Shown: positions 24,542-40,265, numbered from the stretch's first letter. The stretch: DNA of 64,000 nt from Octopus vulgaris (GCA_951406725.2 OX597830.1:70804001-70868000), one strand, 5' to 3'. The notes: a model not told the origin generated them from the letters alone. A program made the numbers and translations.

Positions 24542-26977
24542 TGTATGTATGTATGTATGTATGTATATATGTGTGTGTGAATATTTGTACGTGTAAGCGT
24601 GTGTGCTTATATAAAAAATATACAAAATGTCTAATACAGCTAGTCACACGATAATTACTAATCGTCGTATCCTAAAAACCATTTAAAATTCTAAAACCAT
24701 TAAAAAATATATAAAAAAATTTCTTAACAATTTAGTTATTTCAGATGATAGTTGTTTTGCTTGAGGCTTCAAACTTTTCTACAAAGTTAAAAGTGTAGCT
24801 GTTGCGCAGAATCGAACGTGTGTCATGTTTGTCTATTTACTTCGATTTTAACGACAGCACCAATCTGTTTTGAAAGCATGCTGAAATCCCACTGTCATGT
24901 CATTTCTGAGATAACATGCGCCATATTATTCAACGTGTCGTATAACCTCGGTCCAAAAGCCGAACGAAAAGAAAATATATTGTAAATATGATAAATGCAA
25001 ACAGCATAAAATCTATGTTAGAACCCGGCTTTATTTATCTATATTTCCCAAATGTAATACCAATGCAAAATGGCGACAGCAGTACTTCACTATTATAGTA
25101 AAGCTTATTTCAGTAGCTAATCCTTATCGTGTGTCTCTGAATGTGACGAAAATTCCTCAACCGAAAGAAAAAACATAGCTGTCACAGATCAGTTGGGAAT
25201 AGTCATAAAGAAGAGATCGACATAAAGTGCATCCTACAACATTGCAAATATAATCCTCTTCTTCGTACTGGTTGGACGAAATGTCTCTTCTACGTACGTC
25301 GTTATCGAACAGCTCTGACGACAACTCAGTTTTATCAGTAACCTTCACTTCTGCCATCTTAAACAAATTTGCCAAACATTCTCGCCACCAACCTCGCCGT
25401 CTTTGTGTTATTCTTTAATATCTATACTCTTCACAGTTTTGCTGTTTTATCCTTCTTAATATTTTATGGTTTAACACGTCTTATGGTTGATATTAACTAA
25501 AAGATAGTTTATTTTAACGAAAAATATTTTCTTTTAACTCCAAATACTTACGACAATGTGGAGTCTCTGGTTGGGCAGCTTACAGCTAAAACTTCACATC
25601 ATTTGATCTTAATTTCCGTATAGCATCCATTGTCTGTTTTTATTTACACGGAAATATTTCATTGTTATGTAATAATTTGCTCTTATTTATTTATTCATTT
25701 ACTTATTTATATGTGTTTATTTGTATGTATTTACTTTGTTCGTTTTGTTTGTTTGTGTGTGAGCGTGTTTTGTTGTTTTTAATTTAGACGAGAACATCTT
25801 TGATTTTTTTGTACTGTTGAAGGAAAGCTTATTTCTTTTATTTGGTTTTAAAACTGTATTTCGGAATAAAAACGATATAAAATTAGCTTAGTATGTGTTG
25901 GAGAACAATCTAACATTACACGCCATTGTGTTCGTGTTTTATAGTGTAAAAAGAGTGTCGAGAACATGGCATCTGACACTTTTGTTATCACTTGCTTTCC
26001 TTCCAGATGGCGATTCTCTCATTCAGCGAGTTATTGGCTTTAACTAGTTCTAAATGCAGATAAAAATAAGATTTCATTAACATCAATAAGCTTTTTATGA
26101 GACTAATAAAACGATCGTTATATAAATAAAGTAAATTGTCCTATTCAGAAGGACTCTGATACTGTATTGACTACAATTTACTGTTGAATGGCCTATAAAT
26201 ACAATTATGATTTTTCCGACCGTGAACGATCGATGTTACATACAAAGAATTTACATCAACTTCCCATTCGTATTTGGAAAGAGGCGGTAATGACATAAAT
26301 CAATCAAATCGATGTTTATTTTCAGATGAATTTGCCATTATAAACTGATAATTTTTTTACATCCACAATCTTCCATTATTACTTGGTTTCAAAACTATGG
26401 TCCGCTTTTCTATTCATCTTCATCCATGTCTGCCTATTTGACTGCCATGTTTGTTAATCCTCGTCTGTCTATTGGACTACCTGTTTCTCCATTTGTTTGC
26501 TTGTTTGCTTTGCTTCACCTTACTTCTCTGATTTATTTGTTTAACTACAATGTTTGTATGTTAATTTGGTTGTCGTCTGCTTGCTTTGCGGCTTCTTCTT
26601 TATTCATCTACCTTGCACATCTATTTGTAATTTTCTGTTTACACGCTGACATTTTATAGTTTTAATTACGTAACATTTTCCACGTCTGGTAAATGACTAT
26701 AAAAATTTATCTGATACCCGTCTAGTTCAATAATTTCTGCATAGTTAATTAAACCCGTCTAATCTAAGAATCTTGCAGAGATCTGTCAGTTTGTCTGACA
26801 ATTTTCTAATCTTTGTATCTAACAAATCTGATCAGCGTTCTGACTTATATAAACAAAAGTTTTTTTTTTAATATATATAATCCTGACATCTAATATACAT
26901 ACAGACAAACAGACAGACAACTAGATAGATATATATATAGATAAACAGAGAGGTAGATAAATTGATGCGCGAGTGTA

Positions 26978-27010
<33 letters not shown>

Positions 27011-27036
27011 AATATATATATGTATATATATATAGG

Positions 27037-27107
<71 letters not shown>

Positions 27108-27129
27108 TATATAGGTATATATATGTAGG

Positions 27130-27203
<74 letters not shown>

Positions 27204-27331
27204 TATACACACACACACATATATATACACAGACATACATACATAAATACATACATATACGAACATGCACATACGCACGTACATACTAGTATAAGTATAT
27301 TTGTGCGCGCGTGAGTGTGTGTGTGTGTGCG

Positions 27332-27403
<72 letters not shown>

Positions 27404-28761
27404 ACATTACTCTCTCTGTGTCTATCTATTTGCTCTGACATCTATCTCATCTGTATATCAGGTTGATCTAGTCTTGTTTATTTGTTTGAAATCTTGAAAA
27501 ATCTGTCTAATTCATTATTCCTTCTCTATTTTTTGATTGACGTTTCTACTTAACGGAAGTCCAACATTTTTGTATTTACTTTCCATTCCTCTCTTTTCCA
27601 TTCTTCTCTTTCTATTTAATTGTCGCGTTCCTTGGTTTTCTATTAAATTCTTATCATTTTTTTTGTCGTTGTTGTTCAAATATCATATGTTTTGTTTCTT
27701 TTTTTTTTCTCTTCCTCTAATATAATATTGATTAATCTGTCTTGTCTGTTGATTTTTCCCTCTGTCTATTTATATTCTGACTTATTGCGTTTTATATTAT
27801 TGTATTTTACTTGATTTGATTTGATTTCGGAATTGGTAATTGTCTTGCATTCTCATTAAATGTCCCATCTATATTTGCATTTTCTTCTTTATTTTATATT
27901 TTATAAAATTCTTTTAAAATAGGTGTCCGTTCATCGTGTGCTTTACTTAACTATATACAACTTATGTTGTTGAACCTCTACATTTTTTTTCATTCTTAAT
28001 CTAACGCTAGTAATTTGTTTCCTAAATTTAATAAATTTTTGTGAATATCTCTTATTTGGTAATGTCTTCGAATTCACAATTGTTTTTCAATTTTACGTGT
28101 TGGATTTTGCATTCAGATAACAAACATATTCTGATTCAGTTTCGTGGTGAGCTATTACAAAATAAAAAACAAAAAAAAACACAATTCAAATAACTTATTA
28201 AGATGTAGGCATCTTGTTTAATAGGTATTACAAAATTAAATGGTTGTTTTAAATAACTGGATTTCTCAAATAAATCAAAATCGAAGATTCTAGAGTTTTA
28301 TTTCATGTAAATAAACGAAAGCCAAAAACTATTTGTAATTATTTTGGTTATTTCAAATCATATTGTGATAAGATTATAGTTATCGGTGCATTAATAAATA
28401 TTTTACTTAAATTCTGTATAAGGAGTTCGATTGCAAATATGAATTGATTTCTTAGCATCATACATGGTTCTTACCACAAATTGAATAACAAGATATGAAC
28501 ATGAAATACTATCAGAATATTATTTAATAGGTAAAGTATATTACGAATATTTTTTATGGATACAGCTTGTATCTGGAGAAACAAACCCGCTGACATAGGT
28601 ATATACATTTATATACCTACCTACCTACTTTCCTACCTACCTACCTCCCTACCTACCTACCTACCTACCTACCTACCTACCTACCTACCTACCTACCTAC
28701 CTACCTACCTACCTACCTACCTACCTACCTACCTACCTACCTACCTACCTACCTACCTACC

Positions 28762-29040
28762 TTACTACCCATAAGGGGCTAAACACAGAAGGAACAAACA
28801 AGGACAGACAAACAGATTAAGTCGATTATATCGACTCCATGGCGTAACTGGTATTTAATTTATCGACCCCGAAAGGATGACGGGCAAAGTCGACCTCGGC
28901 GAAATTTGAACTCAGAACGTAACGGCAGACGAAATACGTATTTCTTTACTACCCACAAGGGGCTAAACACAGAGAGGACAAACAAGGACAGACAAACGGA
29001 TTAAGTCGATTATATCGACTCCAGTGCGATTATATCGACA
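28762..29040 (-). mobile_element. Tandem family-A SINE units
   Basis: Two head-to-tail units joined at GAAATACGTATTTC; preceded by (CCTA)n. Confidence 0.85.
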
Positions 29041-29760
29041 GACACACATACCTGCATATACACTCACATCTACACATACACTCACACACAGACACACACA
29101 CACACACAGAGTGAAATTGAGAGAGAGAATGAAAGGAAAACAGAAAGAAATAGCGAGGAGGAGAGAGAGAGAGAGAAAGAAAGTGCGAAAGAAAGAAAGA
29201 AAGATAGGTGGAAAGAAAGGAGGAAAGAAAGTGAGAAAGAAAGAAAGGAGAAAAGAAAGTGCAAAAGAAAGAAAAGAAGAAAGAAGAAAGCGATACAGCT
29301 ACGTCTAGTTGTCCGCCCAAAAGTGACTCAGTAGCTTGTACCATGTTTTCTCTAATTCTTTTAGGTGCCTGTGAAGTCACGAACAGATACAGAGACGCAG
29401 ACTCCCCAGCCCACACTATAGCTAGCAGAACATCCAGGAGGTAACAGTTGAAGGAGGGAAAGGCAGCAGAGGTGGTAGCAGTTAGTTGGCGCTCGATTTC
29501 AGGTGGGTGAACATGAGTAACGTGAAATGACGTGTTGTTATACTCAATGACACAATTCATCAGCTAGTCCAGGAATCGAATCCAAAATCTTGTGGTCGTA
29601 AGCCCAATATCCTAACCAATAAGGCACGGGCCTATAGCTATACATATTACTGTAATTCTAAAACTTTGCTAGGCGAAACTATCAAGTTTTCTTTGGAAAA
29701 ATATGGCATTATTGTGAGTGATTGTGTTTCTGCGTTTGTATACTCACAGATGTATATATG

Positions 29761-29819
<59 letters not shown>

Positions 29820-29823
<4 letters not shown>

Positions 29824-30180
29824 GTAAAGACCTCCTTCAGTCATGAACGTCAATGGGATTATACCTAGAAAGTTCCCTTCCGAGGCACAAGTCCATGCAA
29901 GGTCGTTTATGATAGACCAGAAATCATCTATGCATACCAGTAGTTGCCTATGCATACCAGCCTCCCCTTTCCATCTCACCGATGTTATCCAAGGGAAAGG
30001 CAAAGGCCGATACAGCTTGGTACCAGTGAAGTCGCAACAAATTTCTACAACTGAGTGGACTGGAGCAGCGTGAAATGAAATGTCTTGCTCAAGAGCACAA
30101 ACCACAACTCAGTCCGGCAATCGAAGTCATTATCTCATGATTGTATGTCCACCACTCTAACCACTGAGCCATGCGCCTTC
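29820..30180 (-). mobile_element. Family-D (CORE-like) tRNA SINE
   Basis: Minus strand: GAAGGCGCATGGCTCAGTGGTTAG head and TGTGCTCTTGAGCAAGACATTTC CORE-like block. Homologous to 31018-31345. Confidence 0.8.
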
Positions 30181-30346
30181 ACACACACACACACACACAC
30201 CAGTGTTTCGGTTATATTGTATCCTTTCAGTCAAAACTACACCTGCATATCTTAATCTAAACAAGACTAGTGGTTCTTGGTTTTAGTTATCACCGAAAAA
30301 ATATTTCGCTGTTGTCTACCAATTGAAATAGTATAGAATAGTATAG

Positions 30347-30586
30347 GGCGGCGAGCTGGCAGAATCGATAGCATGCCGGGCGAGATGCTTTGCGGTATTT
30401 CGTCTGCCGTTACGTCCTGAGTTCAAATTCCGCCGAGGATGACTTTTCCTTTCATTCTTTCGGGGTTGATTAAATAAGTACCAGTTACGCACTGGCGTCG
30501 ATATAATCGACTTAATTCCTTTGTCTGTCCTTGTTTATCCCCTCTATGTTTAGCCCCTGGGCTAAACATACAGGGGAGAAATATAT
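30347..30586 (+). mobile_element. Full-length family-A SINE with fold-back 3' end
   Basis: GGCGGCGAGCTGGCAGAA head and GAGTTCAAATTCC B box. Flanking duplication ATTGAAATAGTAT at 30322 and 30587. Confidence 0.9.
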
Positions 30587-30842
30587 ATTGAAATAGTATC
30601 AACACATAAATCAGCAATATATACACACACTTACACAGAAGCACATACACACACACACATATGCGTGTGTGTATGTATGTATGTATGTATGTATGTATGT
30701 ATGTATGCATGTATGTATATATAGCGGTTCGGCAATAGACGATAGAATAAGCACTGGGTGTATATATACACACATATATACACACATAGTGTGTGTGTGG
30801 CCACAGTCAAAATGACTGAAACAAGTGAGTGTATGTAAAAGA

Positions 30843-30896
<54 letters not shown>

Positions 30897-31017
30897 GTAT
30901 GCAGGTATGTATGTATGTGTGTTATATATATGTATATATGTGTGTTTATATATATATATATATATATATACATACATATATATACACTTACGTGTGTGTG
31001 TGTCTGTGGGTCTGTGT

Positions 31018-31505
<488 letters not shown>

Positions 31506-31511
31506 TTGTTA

Positions 31512-31758
31512 GAGGCGCGTGGCATAGTGGTTAGGGTGTCAGCATCATGATCGTAAGATTGTGGTTTCGATTCCTGGACCGGGCGACGCGTTGTGTTCTT
31601 GAGCAAAACACTTCATTTCACATTGCCCTAGTCCACTCAGCTGGCAAAAATGAGTAACACTGCGATGGACTGGCGTCCCGTCCAGCTGGGGAACACATAC
31701 GCCATGGAAACCGGGAATCCGGGACCATGATCCTGGCTAGGATTTAAAAGGACGCATT
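31512..31758 (+). mobile_element. tRNA SINE with CORE-like middle and family-C-type tail
   Basis: A box TGGCATAGTGG, B box GTTTCGATTCC, TGTGTTCTTGAGCAAAACAC block and tail GCGTCCCGTCCAG...GGAAACCGGG shared with 3008-3267. Confidence 0.85.
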
Positions 31759-31761
31759 TAG

Positions 31762-31792
<31 letters not shown>

Positions 31793-32578
31793 TAGTGTAT
31801 GTGTGTGTGTTTGTCTGTGTGTATGTACAATAGGTAAGAAGATGTAAAAAATGGCGTATAACAGATACACAGCCAGACCGGACCACATGCATAAAATCCA
31901 TCGTCGAACGAAGGGATATTGAACGAGTGCAAGTAAGGGTTTCACAGATTCCATATCCCTTCATAGATAATAAGAACTGCACTGATTCAATATATCTTTA
32001 CAGACACTGACACACGCACGCACACGCACACACACACACACATACATACGTACACGTATATATGCAACCTTGTTTCATTACTTCTTGGTCTAACGTAATA
32101 GATAATATCAATTTTGGAGAAGAGACAAGGTACATAGAATTATACACTCGCACATAATAACTCTCTGCAGCATCACTATTATAAGTGGACGGCACGGAAT
32201 TAATATATATTGTACTGCAGCATGCATTGTAAAAGTTAACATCCAGTTCTCTAGTAATGTCCATAGCAGAACTGAGATGATGACATAAGTTATTATTTTG
32301 TGGAGAAGTATAAAGATTTAATTTCTATTATACCATAAGACTTTGATCTGGGTTTGCTTGACTTCGTAGGAGTAGAAAATATAGTAATGTCGGATAGACG
32401 TGCAAACTAGACAACTAATGCTGTAAAGAAGGATTTATTTTCAACCATTTCAGTGTGTGTGTGTGAAAGAGAGAGTGAATGAGGAAGTGTCTATGTATAT
32501 ATAAATGTGTGTGTATGTATGACCATTCCTAAATACAACAATATATATATATATATATATATACATATATACATATAC

Positions 32579-32635
<57 letters not shown>

Positions 32636-32646
32636 TATACATATAC

Positions 32647-32719
<73 letters not shown>

Positions 32720-32900
32720 CGTATGTATGTATATATAAGATATATTAAAGAGGGAGAAAGAGAAAGTAAAGGGAAAAATAGTAGTATATAAAGTCTTGTA
32801 TAATAGATATATGAATAGATATATGACCACATGTGTATATATACATGCATAAATACACACACGCATACATACCTACATATATACATAGATGTGTATGAGC

Positions 32901-32943
<43 letters not shown>

Positions 32944-33537
32944 GATGTATATACGTATTGCATACGTGTATATATACATATATATATATTTGTATACACA
33001 CGCACACACACACACATATATGTATATATGTATATATATATATATATATATATACATTAAAGAGGGCCTGTACGGTCAAAGTAGTGGGGCATTTATTATT
33101 GAAAGTTATATAACAACTTAAAGTAATATAAAAACATTAACGTATGTGGTAATACGAAAGAGCAAGTTTTATATAAACCATTCGGAGAAAGAACGTTATA
33201 AAAATTTTATGCGTCAATGTTGATGACAAAATTCATGTGTGTAAAAAAAAATGTGTTATACAGTGTATGAGTAAATAACAGTCCTTCTTTAGAACCAGCG
33301 GCATGAAGGGGAGAGAAAATGAATACTTTTTAAAGATATAAAATGGTAGAAATGAAGTTACTGTTTTGGTGGGGTTTTTCGTTCGTTCAACTAAGCACGC
33401 GTCTCGTATTTAGAATATCTGAATGGAGAAGAAAGTTCGTTCGAAATAGAAATTCTGTTAATGTGAAGTTGTAGGATGATGTGGACGCCATTTTATAGTT
33501 TACGAGTTAATTGACTCACACATATATATATATATAT

Positions 33538-34215
33538 CTTTTATCTTTTGCTTCTTAGAGTCATTGGACCGTAGCCATGCTGGAGCACTACTTTGATGTG
33601 TTTAGTCGAACGAACCGACACCACTGCTTATTGTTACTATTGTAGTTGTTTCTTTTGCTGCACCGCTAAGTTAAAGTAATGTAATCAAATCAACACCAGT
33701 AGTCAAGCTGATGTGGTGGTGTTGGTGGTAGTGTTAGTGGTGGTGTTGGTGGTGGTGGTGGGGCGTGGTAAGCACAAACACACACATATACACGAGCATA
33801 TATATACATACACGCAAGGCGGCAAGCTGGCAGAAACGTTAGCACGCCGGGCGAAATGCTTATCGGCATTTCGTCTGCCGTTACGTTTTGAGTTCAAATT
33901 CCGCCGAGGTCGACTTTGCCTTTCATCCTTTCGGGGTCGATTAAATAAGTACCAGTTACGCACTGGGGTCGATGTAATCGACTTAATCCCTTTGTCTGTC
34001 CATGTTTGTCCCCTCTCTGTTTAGCCCCTTGTGGGCAATAAAGAAATATATATACATACACGCTGGGCTTCCACATAGTTTCTCTCAACCAAATTCGCAC
34101 ACAAGTAATTGCTCGGCCTGTACTATAGCAGAAGACATTTGCACTAGCCGCCACGCAGTGAGACTGAACCCGAAGCCACTTGGTCGCAAAACCTGCTTCT
34201 TAACCACACACTCAT
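33538..34215 (-). mobile_element. Old family-B SINE with a family-A SINE nested in its internal microsatellite
   Basis: 3' half at 33538-33710 and 5' half at 34065-34215. Confidence 0.65.
33818..34048 (+). mobile_element. Full-length family-A SINE
   Basis: Complete head, B box, core and AAAGAAATA tail. Confidence 0.9.
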
Positions 34216-34856
34216 GCATTCATCTAAAAATTAAACAAATAAATGGTATTTTTTCAAAATATTCTAAAAGGGATGTTTGCTTCTATTTTCATTCTCTTCT
34301 CTTTCTCTCTTTCTGTATGCAACATAGAACAGTTAAGTGCACTTTCTACTTATCTTCTGACTCTCATTGCTCTCTCTCCATATTTGGATCTGCACAAATT
34401 ATCATCTGGTTTCAAAATTTCTAATTGTTTTAGAATCCTTTCGTTTATACCTCACCCTCTTCTGATCTCTCCTGACACTCTTCTTCATTGTATGCACGCT
34501 GTTGCTCTAAATTTAAGTCGTCTTCATTACCGAGACTTACATCATACAAATCAAAGCTAGATTGTGGCTGTCGTTCACTCTAAACTTCCATATTTGTACA
34601 CAAGAGCTGAGAATGATTTTCGCTACAGATACTATAACTTCAGTCCCTAATTCATGTAAACTTATTCAGAAATGAGAAATCCTATTTTTCCAAAGAACTT
34701 CCATGTTACATGCTGACACTCTGTAGTTCGAGATTTTGTAGTCTAACAATTCCCGTTAAGCTCTAGACGTATATGTTTAACTGAAAACCACCAGCAGAGT
34801 ATCTGTGACACAGTCAAGCTAATTTTATATATTCAGCTATGTTTTAGCCCTTCTAG

Positions 34857-35125
34857 ATGTCATTCAAAAGGCCAAAAGATAAAGAAGGTGTTAGTCCTAA
34901 AAAGCTAAACATAAAACATTATCTATGCTTGAAGAAATGGAGACACTGAAAAAATTAGAAGAAAGGAACATCGGTAATGGGTTTGTGTGAATACTATGTG
35001 TGTGATTTAAAGAAACAAAAGAAAGAAATTTTCAAAGATTTTTTGCTGAAAACGTATTCCAGCAAAGTTTAAGGATTCAGAAAACTTTGAAAGGTACTAG
35101 GAGTGAAAGTTAGTCAGTGTACTTA
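34857..35125 (+). pseudogene. Tigger/pogo transposase N-terminal (CENP-B-type HTH) remnant
   Basis: Peptides KHKTLSMLEEMETLKKLEE / SVMGLCEYYV / DLKKQKKEIF / KTLKG, joined across frameshifts. Confidence 0.6.
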
Positions 35126-35127
35126 TA

Positions 35128-35512
35128 ACTCTTTACTCTTTTACTTGTTACAGTCATTTGACTGTGGCCATGCTGGAGCACTGCCTTTAGTCGAGGAAAT
35201 CGACTCCAGGACTTATTCTTTGTAAGCCTAGTACTTATTCTATCGGTCTTTTTTACCGAACCGCTAAGTTACGGGGACGTAAACACACCAGCATCGGTTG
35301 TCAAGCGATGTTGTGGGGACAAACACACACACACATATATACACATAGATACGACAGGCTTCTTTCAGTCCGTCTACCAAATCCACTCACAAGGCATTGG
35401 TTGGTCCGAGGCTATAGTAGAAGACACTTGCCCAAGGTGCTACGCAGTGGGACTGAACCCGGAACCATGTGGTTGGTAAGCAAGCTACTTACCACACAGC
35501 CACTCCTGCGCC
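35128..35512 (-). mobile_element. Full-length family-B SINE
   Basis: Reverse-complement match to 15231-15643. Confidence 0.9.
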
Positions 35513-36572
35513 TAAAATGACAATTAATTCAATTCATACACCATTAATAATTTTCAGTGGTTTCATTGCTATCTTTATGTTAAATCCTTCTCAAAAGATT
35601 AATTGCATTTTTTTCTATCGTTTTTCCAATAGCCTGGACAAATTCTTGAATCATTCATTAAAGAAAGTAATCCAGGGCTTTCTCATTAAATGCCCAATAA
35701 ACTGGTAAAAACAACGCTTTCTGACATAGATTTGGATTTTAAGTTACCAATTGCATTTCCGCTCAGTCAAAATTTTAAACAATATTTAATCACTTCATAT
35801 TCAGGTTGCAATCTTTCTTTCTTCACCAATTAAATCTTCACTAATTAAATTTAAGCCCGGACATTGATTGTGTGGTTAGCAAGCTCGCATTGCAACCCCG
35901 TGTCTCCAGATAAAGTCCCACTCCGCATCATCTTGCGCAAGGTGTCCTCTACTATAGCCCGTGCTGCTTTTATCAGGACGTCACTTTTGAGTTTGCTGTA
36001 TAAGTCTATATAAGGCTGAGGAGCCCGTAGGTGGGGAGGCAGCAATGATAACGGTTGCTCCAGTGGCAAACACTCTAGGTACACCATTATTTGTTAGCAA
36101 CCACTACACCTTCATTTTATTTTTTGTCTTCTTGGATTGTCACAAAGGGATTCGCAGTATTCATTATGATGTACATTTGATTTTAAGAAATGTTTTTTTT
36201 GTGATGGCAATGATTTAAACAAAATTGACAAAAGCTCTTACATTTCAGTGCTTCTGTTTTTTTAATGTTTTTGTGAGGCTCAGAATCTTCTACGATGAAA
36301 CAGCAATATGCACATGCTTTTTTTTATATATCGTAGTATTCTGAACCATACGCTTTGCGGTTTCATTGATGCCCTAGTTTCTATTAGTATTTTAGCTTGG
36401 TGAGTTTCACTAATTCCATAATTTAACTCTTCTTAGTACGTTCACATTTCGTTGAAACCAATCCGTCTTTCAAATAACACTGTTCTCGAAGTCAAATAGT
36501 TCTTAAATTCTTACTCAATCCCGAGAAACCAAAATTTCATACACACGTAGATGATTATATATGGGTGCGCGG

Positions 36573-36629
<57 letters not shown>

Positions 36630-36653
36630 TGTATCTCTCTATATATATGGATG

Positions 36654-36705
<52 letters not shown>

Positions 36706-36751
36706 CATATATAAGTATATCTATATATATATATATACTCTCTCTCGCTCT

Positions 36752-36957
36752 CTCTTTACTCTTTTACTTATTTCAGTCATTTGACTGTGGCCATGCTGGA
36801 GCACCGCTTTTAGTCGAGGAAGTCGACACCAGGACTTATTCTTTGTAAGCCTAGAACCTATTCTATCGGTCTCTTTTGCCGAACCGCTAAGTTACCGGGA
36901 CGTAAACACACCAGCATCGGTTGTCAAGCGATGTTGGGGGGGGGGGGACAAACACAG

Positions 36958-37014
<57 letters not shown>

Positions 37015-37177
37015 TACGACGGGCTTCTTTCAGTTTCCGTCTACCAAAATCCACTCACAAGGCTTTGGTCGGCCCGAGGCTATAGTAGAAGACACTTGCC
37101 CAAGGTGCCACGCAGTGGGGTGAACCCGGAACCCTGTGGCTGGTAAGCAAGCTACTTACCACACAGCCACTCCTACG

Positions 37178-37179
<2 letters not shown>
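36752..37179 (-). mobile_element. Full-length family-B SINE
   Basis: Reverse-complement match to 15231-15643; inserted in (TA)n. Confidence 0.9.
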
Positions 37180-37253
<74 letters not shown>

Positions 37254-37782
37254 GAGAGAGAGATTGAGAGAGATATGTATGTATGAAAGTATGTATGCCT
37301 GCATGCATGTTTATATGTATGTTGCACTCAAGTGAAGAACATACATTGAACGTTTAGGTGCGGATTCCAGTGTAAACCGGTCATTAACCTGCGATTTCTA
37401 TTCTCTTCCACAACTTATTTGGTTATCACATGCACTAAAATTTAGGCAGTAAAAAAATTTTATACGTAAAACTTTTCAATAAAATATGATACTCTTTTTT
37501 GTCTAAAACTCAATTTGTGAAAAAAAAAAACATTTACAGTAAAACATTTATATTAAAATATTTTTAACGGTTAAACGTAATTTTATTTCTTTATTTTCAT
37601 ATTTACCTCCCGCGTGAAAAAAATATATATTTTGTTTTATTCAAAAACTCACTATCACAGAGACACAGACACAGACACACGGACAGACACACACACACAC
37701 AAACACGCACACATATAAATTTATTGTATATTCAAACATGCACGCATGTATGTATGTATGTATGTATGTATGTATGTATGTA

Positions 37783-37827
<45 letters not shown>

Positions 37828-38018
37828 GTATGTGTGTATGTATCTATAAATCCAAAATGGAGACAAAAAAAGAAGAATCCAATGGTAGCCTTTAAAAACA
37901 AATAAATATGAAAATTCTTTATCCAAGAATACGGTATTGAGTACTCACTTTTATTGTTCGTCATTTACGTACGCACACACACGAGGGCACGCACACAGGC
38001 AGACAGACAGACAGACAC

Positions 38019-38206
<188 letters not shown>

Positions 38207-39340
38207 CATGCAAACACGACAGGATTCTGCACAGTAGGATTGAACCCAAATCCACGTGATTGCACAATGAGTTTGTAAAGTTCATTTTACAATACAGATG
38301 AAAGGCTCCATATTCTATTAAATATATAACAATATGGCACTTATAACGTATGTGTGCGTATATTTGTGCACAAGCATGTTTGTATTTATGTTTGTATGTC
38401 TAAGCGTATGTTAAGTTTGTATGTATTATATAAATGGAAACTGTAATGTTCAGTAATTCTAGAACTTAAGTTATCTATAAGATGTCTTTGATTAGTATTG
38501 ATATAAATTTGAGAATCTGGAAGTAAAGAAACAAAAGAAAACCCGAAAGATAATGGGCACCACAATATGGAAAGAAAAGGCTTGCTTCAACCAGCTTGGT
38601 GTTGTAAATTACTTTGTGCTCTTAAATAAGTAGGAATATCACTACAATTTACACGAACGGACAAAAACCATAAAACAGTAGTGATACGCGTACGCATCTC
38701 CATCCACACATATACACACACACAGAGAGGCATACTTCTCTTAAAAAGCTTTCGTTGATCCGTGTTTTAAGCAATGTACTTCCTTTCTTTCTTTCTTTCT
38801 TTCTTGCTTTCTTTCTCTTGCTTTCTTTCTTTCTTGCTTTCTTTCTTTCTTTCTTTCTTCTTCTTTGTCTTCTTCTCCTCTGCTTCTCCTTTATAACAAT
38901 TTCATCTTTATGGTCATCGTTAAGAACAGAATTATGTACCCTAAGACACACTCACACACACACACACACACACACAGGTACATACATGAATATCTATATT
39001 TACATACACAAATACAAGCACACACACACATATATACATACATGTGTACATATACATATATATAGGTGTGTGCTTGTTTGTGCATATAGTGTAATCTAAA
39101 ATTTTTTTTTTGAGTAATCTGTTAGTGATTTAGTTTTTGTAGTACATGTGTGCGTGTACGTTTGTATGCTCGCATGCATATATGGCCAGGTATATATATA
39201 TATATATATATATATGTATTTATATGCATATATATGTGTTTGTTTTGTGTTTTTTTATCGTCTTATTGTTTGTTTTGTATTGTAATGTATCTATTGTTAT
39301 TTATCGCATTACATGTTATATAGTGTATGTGTGTGGTGTG

Positions 39341-39408
<68 letters not shown>

Positions 39409-39556
39409 TCATATATACATATATGTATACATATATATATATGTATATGTATGTGTATATGTATATGTATGTGTATACATATATATATGTGTGTATGTAT
39501 GTATGTATGTATGTATATGGGGTTTGTGAATGTTTGTATTCGTGCATGATACATCA

Positions 39557-39626
39557 TCGATAGGTGGCGCGTTTTGAAAAGCTTCGAGCCGTAATGGCAA
39601 TTGATAGCTTTCCTATAGAGGGCGCT
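39557..39626 (+). promoter_or_regulatory. Two tandem CTCF-like motifs
   Basis: TCGATAGGTGGCGC (39557-39570) and CCTATAGAGGGCGCT (39612-39626) match the AG(G/A)(T/G)GGCGC core of the CTCF motif, in the same orientation, in non-repeat DNA. Confidence 0.45.
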
Positions 39627-40265
39627 AAGATTGAGGAATGGACCGTTATTTATTATTATTTTTTTTTATTTGTTCGTTGGTTTTGTAATATGCCGTTTAT
39701 GAGCACCTGTCTCATCACACACACCAAGGTGTTCGCCCATTCTTCATCATGATCTGTTGTTGCACCTATTACTATTCTCGTCAACGTTATAGCTGAAATT
39801 TCATTGTTGTTATTTATTATTATTGTTGTCAGTGTCGCTGTTGTTGCTGTTGTTGTTGTTGCTGTCGTTAGTCTTATAATTGTTATTGTTGTTGGTGCTG
39901 TTGGTTTCGTTGTTATTTTTTTGTGTATTAATACGTTTGATTACTTTTGATTATTATTTTTTTTCCGTTTATTTTTTTTTGTGTTATTTGAGATTTTTTT
40001 TTTGTTGATTTTTTTTTTGTCTCGGTGCAAAATCGACGCGCATAAGAACATTAAGATGTAGTAACATCGAAGAAGAACAAGAAAAAGAAAATATAGTTGA
40101 GGAGGCTGGAGAAAAAAAATAGAGTTGAATAGGATGAAGAGGGATAGAAGACGGAAAAGAAGTGGAGGAAAAAAGAGGTGGAGGTGAAAAACGTTGAAAC
40201 AGGACATCGACACCATCTTCTGTCACTACTTCCCCATCATCAATCAGTGACCGTGACACGATGAA

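Noticed and set aside
25157-25375. 72-aa acidic minus-strand ORF
   Set aside because: No recognisable domain or reliable splice sites; may be a decayed transposase N-terminus but unsupported.
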